A DNA stretch of 64,000 bases from an uncultured bacterium (GTDB lineage Bacteria; Bacillota_I; Bacilli_A; RFN20; CAG-826): the NCBI GenBank assembly GCA_949285325.1, contig CASDYZ010000007.1, forward strand, positions 149,629 through 213,628, written 5' to 3'. The notes beneath the pieces were generated by a model. It was not told where the DNA came from. It searched no databases and worked only from the letters and a program-made list of their open reading frames with translations. This document shows, in pieces, positions 9,591-17,497 of the stretch; positions within the stretch are counted from its first letter, which is position 1, and every line of letters begins with the position of its first letter. The translations under genes and the position numbers were made by a program.

Positions 9591-9615
9591 TTTAATTAAA
9601 AAGAAGGAGAGACTT

Positions 9616-9888
9616 ATGCCAAAGGAAAAAAGAAAACATCTCAAGGTTGGTGAACAAGGTCATTTAAGTGATTTAAGACGTGGACAAAGATGTGTCGTTT
9701 TAAATATGCATAATGATAACAAGGCTTTGAGAAGACGTCTTCTCGATATGGGTATTACTAAAGGTGTAATTATTCGCGTGAAAAAAATTGCCCCATTAGG
9801 AGATCCAATCGACATAGAGATTAGAGATTATGAACTATGTATTAGAAAAGAAGATATGAAAGAAATAGATATCGAGGTGATTAAATAA
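9616..9888 (+). CDS. feoA: ferrous iron transport protein A
   Basis: 90 aa, small SH3-like FeoA pattern (G..V..........RRLLDMGI..G..I). Sits immediately upstream of feoB with a 1-nt gap. Confidence 0.85.
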   Translation: MPKEKRKHLKVGEQGHLSDLRRGQRCVVLNMHNDNKALRRRLLDMGITKGVIIRVKKIAPLGDPIDIEIRDYELCIRKEDMKEIDIEVIK

Positions 9889-9889
9889 T

Positions 9890-11938
9890 ATGAAAGTCGC
9901 GTTAGTAGGAAATCAAAACTCTGGTAAGACAACATTATTCAACGCGCTTACGGGGGCTAATCAAAAGGTTGGTAACTGGCCAGGCGTCACGATTGAAAGA
10001 AAAGAAGGCCACATTAAAAATACCGACATCGTCGTCGTCGATTTACCTGGAGTATATTCTCTTTCTCCTTACACATCAGAAGAAGAGATATCGAGAAATT
10101 ATGCGGTGAATGAAAAGCCAGACGTCATCATCGACATCGTCGATGCGACATGTATAGAAAGAAGCTTATATTTAACTACTCAATTGTTAGAGTTAAATAC
10201 CGATGTTATAGTCGCCCTTAATATGAGTGATATTTTAGAAAGAGAAGGTATTAATGTTAATACAGATAAACTTTCTAGTTTACTAGGGGCAAGTGTCGTC
10301 ACGATATCCGCGAAGAAAAAGACTGGTATAGATGAATTAGTCTCTTTATTAAGAAACGGCACATACATTAAAAATAATCACAATAAAATATACACTGACG
10401 ATTTAGAAAAAATCATCAGTGAAGTAAAAACTAATTATGAATTAGATTCAAGATTTGATGCGGTTAAAGTTATAGAACAAGATCCGATGTATGAACATTA
10501 TGCACTAGAAGAATCTACAAAAGAAAAAATTAGTGTTATTGAAAAAGAACATGACATGGATGTTGAACAATTAATTGCATCTCAACGTTATGACTATATT
10601 GCTAATATTAAAAAACAAAGTGTAACTATCGCACTTAATAAGAAAAATGCGATAACTGATAAATTAGATAAAATATTCTTAAACAAGTGGGCCGCTATAC
10701 CGATTTTTATAGTTATTATGGCGCTTGTATATATTTTATCAGTCGGGCTTGTCGGTGGACTTACTGTCAGTCTTATCGACTCACTATTTAACGGGGCTGA
10801 AGAGATTGAATTTAATTTCTTTGGAATCGTTTGGACTGCTCCATTTAATATAATGGGTTTAGGTCCATGGTTGCATGAATCATTATTGAGTTTAAACGCT
10901 AGCGAATGGGCTGCTAGCTTGGTTAGTGATGGTATGATAGCGGGCGTAGGAGCGGTTTTAAACTTTGTTCCTCAAATCATGATTTTGTTCCTCTGTTTAT
11001 CGATACTAGAAACAACTGGATACATGTCACGTATTTCATTCTTTCTCGATCGTATTTTCCACAAATTTGGATTAAGTGGTAAATCGCTCATCCCGTTTAT
11101 CGTCGGTAGTGGTTGCTCAGTTCCTGGAGTTATGGCAAGTAGAACTATCGAAGATGAAAATGAAAAGAAATTAACCATTACATTAACTCCTTTCATTCCT
11201 TGTTCAGCTAAATTACCAATCATTTCATTATTTGCTGGATATTTCTTCTCACCAAGTATTTCTTGGCTTGTCACCTTATCTTTATATGTCTTAGCAATCG
11301 TCGTCATATTGATAAGTGGTGTCATCATTAAAAAATTGTTCTTTAAAGGCTCACATTCAGCTTTTGTAGCAGAACTCCCTGCTTATAAAGCACCAAATGC
11401 TGGATATGTAGCTAGATATGTATTTGATAAAACATTTGCCTTTATTAAAAGAGCAGGCACGATTATTCTACTTTGTTCAGTAATTGTTTGGTTCTTAGCC
11501 TCATTCACTTGGAACTTTAATTATATCGATGGTGAAATTTATACGATTGAAGAATCATTATTAGCCAATATTGGTAGAAGTATCGCTTGGATTTTCTATC
11601 CGATGCTTGGCGATTTATCTTGGGCAGCAAGTGTCTCAGCAATTCAAGGATTGGTGGCAAAAGAACAAGTCGTATCATCGATGGAAACAATTGCTGCTGT
11701 CGCGGAAGGTGGAGATGTATTTGCGACATCGCTATTCTCATTCTTTAACGGTTGGAGTGCATATGCATTTATGGTATTCAATTTATTCTCTGCACCATGC
11801 TTCGGGGCGATTGGTGCGATGAGAAGAGAATTTGCATCTAACAAGCAACTTTGGAGTGCAATTGCTTTCCAAACAGGCTTAGCTTGGGTTTTAGCGTCCA
11901 TCATTGGAATTATTGGTATGGGGGTAACTAGCATATGA
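9890..11938 (+). CDS. feoB: ferrous iron transporter B
   Basis: 682 aa. N-terminal G-domain (VALVGNQNSGKTTLFNALTG, DLPG), followed by a polytopic membrane domain with the gate motifs. Confidence 0.97.
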   Translation: MKVALVGNQNSGKTTLFNALTGANQKVGNWPGVTIERKEGHIKNTDIVVVDLPGVYSLSPYTSEEEISRNYAVNEKPDVIIDIVDATCIERSLYLTTQLLELNTDVIVALNMSDILEREGINVNTDKLSSLLGASVVTISAKKKTGIDELVSLLRNGTYIKNNHNKIYTDDLEKIISEVKTNYELDSRFDAVKVIEQDPMYEHYALEESTKEKISVIEKEHDMDVEQLIASQRYDYIANIKKQSVTIALNKKNAITDKLDKIFLNKWAAIPIFIVIMALVYILSVGLVGGLTVSLIDSLFNGAEEIEFNFFGIVWTAPFNIMGLGPWLHESLLSLNASEWAASLVSDGMIAGVGAVLNFVPQIMILFLCLSILETTGYMSRISFFLDRIFHKFGLSGKSLIPFIVGSGCSVPGVMASRTIEDENEKKLTITLTPFIPCSAKLPIISLFAGYFFSPSISWLVTLSLYVLAIVVILISGVIIKKLFFKGSHSAFVAELPAYKAPNAGYVARYVFDKTFAFIKRAGTIILLCSVIVWFLASFTWNFNYIDGEIYTIEESLLANIGRSIAWIFYPMLGDLSWAASVSAIQGLVAKEQVVSSMETIAAVAEGGDVFATSLFSFFNGWSAYAFMVFNLFSAPCFGAIGAMRREFASNKQLWSAIAFQTGLAWVLASIIGIIGMGVTSI

Positions 11939-12129
11939 GTGGGACAGATATAGTCATATTGATTGCAGTCATTCTAATTTTAGGAGTAATCATATATTTC
12001 TCCTTCATTAGGCCTAAGATGCAAGGTCGTTCAATCGCGTGTGCGAACTGTGCATCAGCATCTAAGGTTAAAAGAATCAAAAAGAAAATAAAAAAAGAAT
12101 TAGAAAAAGATAAAAAGAACAATCAATAA
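11935..12129 (+). CDS. FeoB-associated Cys-rich small membrane protein
   Basis: 64 aa. ATGA overlap with the feoB stop. One N-terminal TM helix, then ACANCASASK and a Lys-rich tail, matching the small partner commonly found after Gram-positive feoB. Confidence 0.65.
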   Translation: MSGTDIVILIAVILILGVIIYFSFIRPKMQGRSIACANCASASKVKRIKKKIKKELEKDKKNNQ

Positions 12130-12142
12130 TAAAATTCTTTAT

Positions 12143-12175
12143 AAGGTGATGTAATTTAAACATCACCTTTTTTAT
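12143..12175 (+). terminator. rho-independent terminator of the feo operon
   Basis: AAGGTGATG (12143-12151), a 9-nt loop, CATCACCTT (12161-12169), then a T-run. Confidence 0.75.
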
Positions 12176-12295
12176 AAAATATTTATGGTAGAAATATTTA
12201 GACTAGTAATTCTAAAAATGTACAAATATGATATAATAAAAATAGCTGTACACGATTATTTTGTTTGTCTATTTGCAAGCTGGAAGGATGGGATA

Positions 12296-12787
12296 ATGTC
12301 TACTACTAAAAGATTTTGTCTAACGCTATCTGTGTTGGTTTTGAGCATATCTTTGACGTCGTGTGCCTCATCTTTTAAACCAATTTTACCCGGGGAGTAT
12401 TTTCCGTTTAATGTTCTTAAAGATGAAGAAGAGAAAACTTTTAACGAATTTACCATAAAACTTGAAGTTATTAGTAGGGAAGAGTTTGAAAGCCAAGAAT
12501 ATAATGTTTTTGAAGATCCGTGGTCAAAAAGAAACTATAAACGCGAAGAAATTTTTTTGTCTTTTGATTTAAGAATTTTAGATGAAAAGACACAGGAGTT
12601 AATTCCAATTAAATGTTATGATTTCTTTGTCGAAGAGACACATTGGAAAGAATTTCAAATTAAAGCCGAAAATAACATATTCGATTTAACTTTTATTCAT
12701 TACACACCATTGGAAAATATTATTAGTTTTACAGTTCAACAAAATGACAAAACAATAATCACTGAATATCAATTAGAAAGAAGATAA
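12296..12787 (+). CDS. hypothetical lipoprotein
   Basis: Preferred start is ATG 12296, preceded by GGAAGGA (the ORF-track start 12185 adds 37 unlikely residues). Signal peptide with lipobox: MSTTKRFCLTLSVLVLSISLTSC. No recognised domain. Confidence 0.55.
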   Translation: MSTTKRFCLTLSVLVLSISLTSCASSFKPILPGEYFPFNVLKDEEEKTFNEFTIKLEVISREEFESQEYNVFEDPWSKRNYKREEIFLSFDLRILDEKTQELIPIKCYDFFVEETHWKEFQIKAENNIFDLTFIHYTPLENIISFTVQQNDKTIITEYQLERR

Positions 12788-12975
12788 ATTAAAAAGATAT
12801 TATTAGTTTTAACTACAAGCACCATATTGGTTCAATTAATAGATTTGTAAGCGATGCATCAAATGAAAGTTTAGATTAATGAAAATACGTACACCCTAAT
12901 CATTAAAAAGCACTAGATATTTATATATAATTAAAAAAGAGGGAAAATATTATGAAAGTTGCGTCTTAAATATTA

Positions 12976-13416
12976 TTGATATTAAGTGGGATAATATCAA
13001 GTGTTCTCATCATATTTGAATTGATATCTTTATTTAGATATTTTAATATTGAAACACTCAGCAGTGTCGTCTTCTACATTTTATCAATTACGTTCGCAGT
13101 CATCGGATGTATAAAATTAAGCAAAGTAAAAACTAAAAAAGAGTTAATCCCCATCGCCATATGCGTCTTGATATTTTGCTATTTAGTCGCAGGTATTTTA
13201 ATGCTATGTATGCAAGATAAAGATTTAAATCCAAATCTAGCAAGTCAAACAAATAATAACATCAATAACAGTAATTTAAATAATAATATCAATAACACTT
13301 ATCATTCTGGGGCGATTTCAATTGAGAGCACCCACGATAATTTAGATAACACTCAAACTAAATTAAATAATCTTCAAAATCAAAATGGCGAAGATGGACA
13401 ATCTTCCCATCAATAA
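12976..13416 (+). CDS. small membrane protein with Asn-rich tail (start uncertain; see in-frame TAA finding)
   Basis: Three hydrophobic segments, then the low-complexity stretch QTNNNINNSNLNNNINN. The ORF begins at TTG 12976. A much better SD+ATG at 12938-12954 is in the same frame but separated from it by a TAA. Confidence 0.4.
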   Translation: MILSGIISSVLIIFELISLFRYFNIETLSSVVFYILSITFAVIGCIKLSKVKTKKELIPIAICVLIFCYLVAGILMLCMQDKDLNPNLASQTNNNINNSNLNNNINNTYHSGAISIESTHDNLDNTQTKLNNLQNQNGEDGQSSHQ

Positions 13417-13555
13417 TTGATATCAATTTAAAAATTTCTTGCTATTTTATTTAATTTAAACGAGTTTTGCACAATTTTTATTAATTAACACTTATTTTTT
13501 AAATTTATAATTCATATTATTTGTCTAATAAATTTACTTCAATTATAATTTGAAT

Positions 13556-14353
13556 ATGACACCAATAACTGCATTTATCATAGGAGCATCGGCAATATTT
13601 TTAGGAACGACATTAGGTAGTTTAGCCGTCTTCTTTTTTAAGAAAAATTTTAGCGATGCGGTCAATACTCTCGTTTTAGGTTTCGCTAGCGGGGTGATGT
13701 TATCAACTTCTATTTTTGGTCTACTCATCCCGGCGAGTGAAGAAGTTAGAGCGTTAGATTTTTATCAACATTGGGAATTTGTACCAATTGTTGTTGGATT
13801 TTTATTAGGTTGTTTAATTTTATATTTACTTGATATTTTAATCCCTCATATCCATCTATCCACCAATAGTGATGAAGGAGTTCACCGTGAGAAATATTCT
13901 AAACAAACTAAATTTTTTATCGCCATTACGTTGCACAATATTCCTGAAGGACTATCAGTTGGTTTTGCTGCCGGGCTAGCATTATCTTCGACAAGTGGAG
14001 AATATGTCACTTCTCTATTAGCTCTTTCTTTAGCAATCGCTATACAAAATATACCAGAAGGCGCGGCGGTATCTATCCCTTATTATGGATTAGGTGTAAG
14101 TAAGGCTAAATCTTTCTTATTAGGTACTTTAACTGGTGTCGTAGAGCCTTTATTCGCCATCATAGGTTTATTTATTGCAAGTTGGTTTGTTCCTCTTATG
14201 CCTTGGCTTTTATCTTTAGCCGCGGGCATGATGATATATGTAACATTAGATGAGATACTTCCTGAATCAATAAGTGGAAAACTATCTCATTATGGTGTTT
14301 GGTCATTTATTGTCGGTTTTATGGTAATGTTAATATTAGAAATGGTATTATAA
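13556..14353 (+). CDS. ZIP-family divalent metal (zinc) transporter, ZupT/GufA-like
   Basis: HNIPEGLSVG and QNIPEGAAVS motifs in TM4/TM5-like helices, about 8 TM segments. ATG 13556 preferred over TTG 13550. Confidence 0.85.
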   Translation: MTPITAFIIGASAIFLGTTLGSLAVFFFKKNFSDAVNTLVLGFASGVMLSTSIFGLLIPASEEVRALDFYQHWEFVPIVVGFLLGCLILYLLDILIPHIHLSTNSDEGVHREKYSKQTKFFIAITLHNIPEGLSVGFAAGLALSSTSGEYVTSLLALSLAIAIQNIPEGAAVSIPYYGLGVSKAKSFLLGTLTGVVEPLFAIIGLFIASWFVPLMPWLLSLAAGMMIYVTLDEILPESISGKLSHYGVWSFIVGFMVMLILEMVL

Positions 14354-14360
14354 ATATAAC

Positions 14361-15185
14361 ATGTTTGATTACACTATTACTCCATATTCAAAAAAGTCAC
14401 ATCGTTTTAACGAAGATAGATGCATTATCGGTTCAAATTATGCAGTAGTTATTGACGTTGAAGCGACTGTTAAGCCGTTTGGTGATTTTGCAAGCGACGG
14501 TGTTTGGTTTGCCTCTTTTATCAAAAAGAATCTTAAAAAATATGAAGAAGATGTTTTAAAAAAATTAACTATTATATCTTCGTATGCTTTAAAAGAATAT
14601 ATCGCTTTAGGAGGGGATGAAAATAAACCGCTTCCTGTCGCTTCTATCGCGGTGTTTGAACTTGAAAGTAAAAAGATTAAATTATCTTATATTGGTAATA
14701 CTGAGATTGCTATTTTAGGTAAAGATGGTTCATTAAAAAGAATGAGAGAACCTTATTTTTCAAATATTGATGAGAAGGCTAATCAGATGATGAGAGATTT
14801 TAAAAAAGAAAATAAATTGTACGACATGATGCCTTATCAAGTTGAAATAGAAAAGAAAGTAAAACAAAAATATCAAGATGCGATTAAAGACGATATGGCG
14901 TTTATTTACGCCCCATTAAGACAAGGTAAATTTATATTTAAAGTATCTTATTTTGATCCATTTGAAATTAAGACTATATACATGTATACCGATGGGTTTG
15001 CTGACGCGTATCAAGTATTTAAAATATATAAAGATTTTGGCGCGATGTTTAAGCACAATATAAACGTTAGTAAGGTTATATTTAAAATAATTAAAAACAC
15101 TTATCTCGATACTTTTTGTTCTAAATATCCTCGTTATAAAGTTGTAGATGATATAAGTGTAATTAAAATAGATGTCAATTATTAA
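14361..15185 (+). CDS. PP2C-like (PP2C_2-type) phosphatase-fold protein with a variant motif II
   Basis: 274 aa, 7 nt after the ZIP gene. RFNEDR (motif I), YMYTDGFADA (motif VIII) and VVDDISVIKI (motif XI). The DGxGG of motif II is replaced by VIDVEAT. Confidence 0.45.
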   Translation: MFDYTITPYSKKSHRFNEDRCIIGSNYAVVIDVEATVKPFGDFASDGVWFASFIKKNLKKYEEDVLKKLTIISSYALKEYIALGGDENKPLPVASIAVFELESKKIKLSYIGNTEIAILGKDGSLKRMREPYFSNIDEKANQMMRDFKKENKLYDMMPYQVEIEKKVKQKYQDAIKDDMAFIYAPLRQGKFIFKVSYFDPFEIKTIYMYTDGFADAYQVFKIYKDFGAMFKHNINVSKVIFKIIKNTYLDTFCSKYPRYKVVDDISVIKIDVNY

Positions 15186-16135
15186 AATTTATTAATATCT
15201 ATTCCAAAATAATAAGTAGCAAAGAAAAATTTACCAAATATATATTTGTTGCATGCGCTTTCATTTAAAGTGATGAATTTACCATTAGAATAATCTAAAT
15301 CTTCACTCATCGGTGGTGTAATTAAATGTTTAGAATAATCTTTTAATATTTTAACTTGTAGCCCATCTATAATGGTGTCGCTTTCTACTATACCTTCTTG
15401 TTCATAATAATATAAATTAGAATTAGCTAAGCCATATGAAGTAGATAACATAATCCCTCCATTCTCATCAATGGCGAATCCTTGAACTTTATTTGGTAAA
15501 GAATAAATTTCAATAGGAGTAGATAAATCATCTAAAGAATATTTTGTACATATTGCCATGTAGGTAGTGTTTTCATCCACTTTAACAGGGTGAGAAGTAA
15601 AATAATTTTTAGAATCATTAAATTCACCAACATATAAATAATTGTCATCGGTAAAAACAAAACTTGCTTGATTGTTAACTTCGATACCTCTTCCTATTTC
15701 TATACGTCCTGGATTATTTAAAAATAAAGATAATTTAACTGTAAAGATGTGATCATCAGAAGCAAGATAGACATTTTCATCATCGCACGCGATGCCGCCT
15801 AGATGGCCTTTAAAAGGAGTGTTATTTTGATATGCTTCATATTTTCTTATTCCGTTTTCATCTTTCGCATACACTCTAGAAGCGAGATTAGAACTTGTGT
15901 AACCGCTGAAAAGATATAAATTATTTTCTTCGCTTACACATATACCTTGAGGAACAAAATTGTTATTTAATCCAGGTATCGTCCCTAGATTTTCCATCGC
16001 CCCGTAATAAGATGAATAAATAGGATATTTTAATAGGTTAAAAGAAACAAATATCAATAGCAGCAATATGATAATTGATAATATGATTCCAAGTGGTATC
16101 TTCCATAAAAGTGATAAATGATTTTTTTTCTTCAT
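15182..16135 (-). CDS. N-terminally membrane-anchored hypothetical protein, repeat/beta-propeller-like
   Basis: 317 aa. TM helix LGIILSIIILLLLIFVSF. Repeated x-Q/G-G-I/F-A/C blades (PQGICVS, LGGIACD, VQGFAID). Start overlaps the GH13 stop by 4 nt. Confidence 0.5.
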   Translation of the reverse strand: MKKKNHLSLLWKIPLGIILSIIILLLLIFVSFNLLKYPIYSSYYGAMENLGTIPGLNNNFVPQGICVSEENNLYLFSGYTSSNLASRVYAKDENGIRKYEAYQNNTPFKGHLGGIACDDENVYLASDDHIFTVKLSLFLNNPGRIEIGRGIEVNNQASFVFTDDNYLYVGEFNDSKNYFTSHPVKVDENTTYMAICTKYSLDDLSTPIEIYSLPNKVQGFAIDENGGIMLSTSYGLANSNLYYYEQEGIVESDTIIDGLQVKILKDYSKHLITPPMSEDLDYSNGKFITLNESACNKYIFGKFFFATYYFGIDINKF

Positions 16136-17421
16136 TGTTGTCCCCCCGTTTTTAATAATATCAGTGGCAAATTTACATAAACGGTATTATCATCTACATC
16201 TACATATAGTCTTCTTATCAAATCTATATATGTGCCGTTATCAATTTTTGTGCTTACAAAATTATCACTTAAATTAAATAAACCGATAAGCTTATTATTG
16301 AACTTATCCGTTAGAGTCGCGCGGATTAATAGGCCGTCGTGATCAATATCAAAAGATTTTATACGCGAATAAAATGATAAATGTTTGATTTGTGCAAGTA
16401 TTTTAATAAATTTGTATAAATTTTGACCCCCTTTATTATATTTTTTCCAATCTAAAGGTTCTTTTTCAAATAAAGGTACATCTTTATCATCGGCATATTC
16501 TTCACCCATGTAAATAAAAGGGGTGCCCTCGATAAAAAATGAGAAGGCAAGCAAATTGCAAAGCATAAATTGATTTTTAACTAATGAGGCGATTCGTTTT
16601 TGATCATGGTTTTCTAAACAATTAATTTTTATATAACCTTGTGGTAGTATTTTATATCTATTCTTAATTGCATCAACATACTTATCAATCGTCTTAACTT
16701 CTCCAGTTAAAAATTGCTTTAAATACGGATAAGTATCATAGTCATACGATATATCAAATGTAGGATATAGTTCCTCATCTTCGTGGGCAACTTGATTTTG
16801 TGATTTTAAATATTTAATAAAACTCTCTTCACAGCTCTCTGCCAATAAGATAACTTTTCTACCAAATGTCCTTCTTACCTTTTTAAAAAATGATATAGGA
16901 ATTAAACTAGCGACATCAAATCTAAACCCATCAACCCCTAAATCTAGCCAGTATTTTAAGACGGACAATAGATATTCTTGTGTATCTTTTCTTTTTGTAT
17001 CTAAATCTATTACATCATCCCATTCACCTACTCTATTACCAAAGTCACCATCAGGTTTATGGTAATAATATTCAGGATGTGTCTTTTTTAATAAAGCATC
17101 TTTCGCGGTGTGGTGAAACACTATATCGATTATAATTTTCATTTTGTATTCATGTATTTTATTAACTAATTGAATAAAATCTTTTTTCGTCCCATGTGTT
17201 TTATCAATAGCTTTATAATCTAATATCGAATATGGCGACCCAACGCTTCCTTTCCTACCTACTTTACCAATTGGTTGAAAAGGCATTAAATAGATGATGT
17301 CGACGCCTAAATCTTTGATTCTGTCGAGATCTAACATCACTTTTTTAAAAGTACCTTGTTTAGAATAATTTCTAACAAATATTTGATAAATAACCGATTG
17401 CTTTAAAAAATTATTACCCAT
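16132..17421 (-). CDS. GH13 alpha-amylase-family glycoside hydrolase (cytoplasmic)
   Basis: 429 aa. All four GH13 regions are present: DIVFHHT, GVDGFRFDVA, LLAE, CLENHD. No signal peptide. Confidence 0.85.
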   Translation of the reverse strand: MGNNFLKQSVIYQIFVRNYSKQGTFKKVMLDLDRIKDLGVDIIYLMPFQPIGKVGRKGSVGSPYSILDYKAIDKTHGTKKDFIQLVNKIHEYKMKIIIDIVFHHTAKDALLKKTHPEYYYHKPDGDFGNRVGEWDDVIDLDTKRKDTQEYLLSVLKYWLDLGVDGFRFDVASLIPISFFKKVRRTFGRKVILLAESCEESFIKYLKSQNQVAHEDEELYPTFDISYDYDTYPYLKQFLTGEVKTIDKYVDAIKNRYKILPQGYIKINCLENHDQKRIASLVKNQFMLCNLLAFSFFIEGTPFIYMGEEYADDKDVPLFEKEPLDWKKYNKGGQNLYKFIKILAQIKHLSFYSRIKSFDIDHDGLLIRATLTDKFNNKLIGLFNLSDNFVSTKIDNGTYIDLIRRLYVDVDDNTVYVNLPLILLKTGGQQ

Positions 17422-17456
17422 GATATATCCCTTTTATTTTTTTGTTAATGAAATAT

Positions 17457-17478
17457 AATTTCATCATAATATAATTAT
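17457..17478 (-). promoter_or_regulatory. shared 22-nt promoter/operator element, copy 1 (AATTTCATCATAATATAATTAT)
   Basis: 20 of 22 identical to 27929-27950. It lies 35 nt upstream of the minus-strand GH13 ATG and contains -10-like hexamers on both strands. Confidence 0.4.
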
Positions 17479-17497
17479 AAACAAGGGAGCTTAAAAA

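Noticed and set aside
12717-12811. Exact 15-nt direct repeat ATATTATTAGTTTTA at 12717-12731 (inside the lipoprotein gene) and 12797-12811 (just after its stop), 80 nt apart.
   Set aside because: The similarity does not extend beyond the 15-mer at either the DNA or the protein level. Low-complexity AT-rich 15-mers recur by chance in a window of this size. It might be a relic of a small 3'-end duplication, but I cannot support that.
13247-13297. Cryptic AAT/AAC-rich repetitive DNA that could be mistaken for a tandem repeat or contingency locus.
   Set aside because: It is in frame within ORF 12976-13416 and simply encodes the Asn-rich tail (NNNINNSNLNNNINN). There is no regular unit length and no homopolymer.
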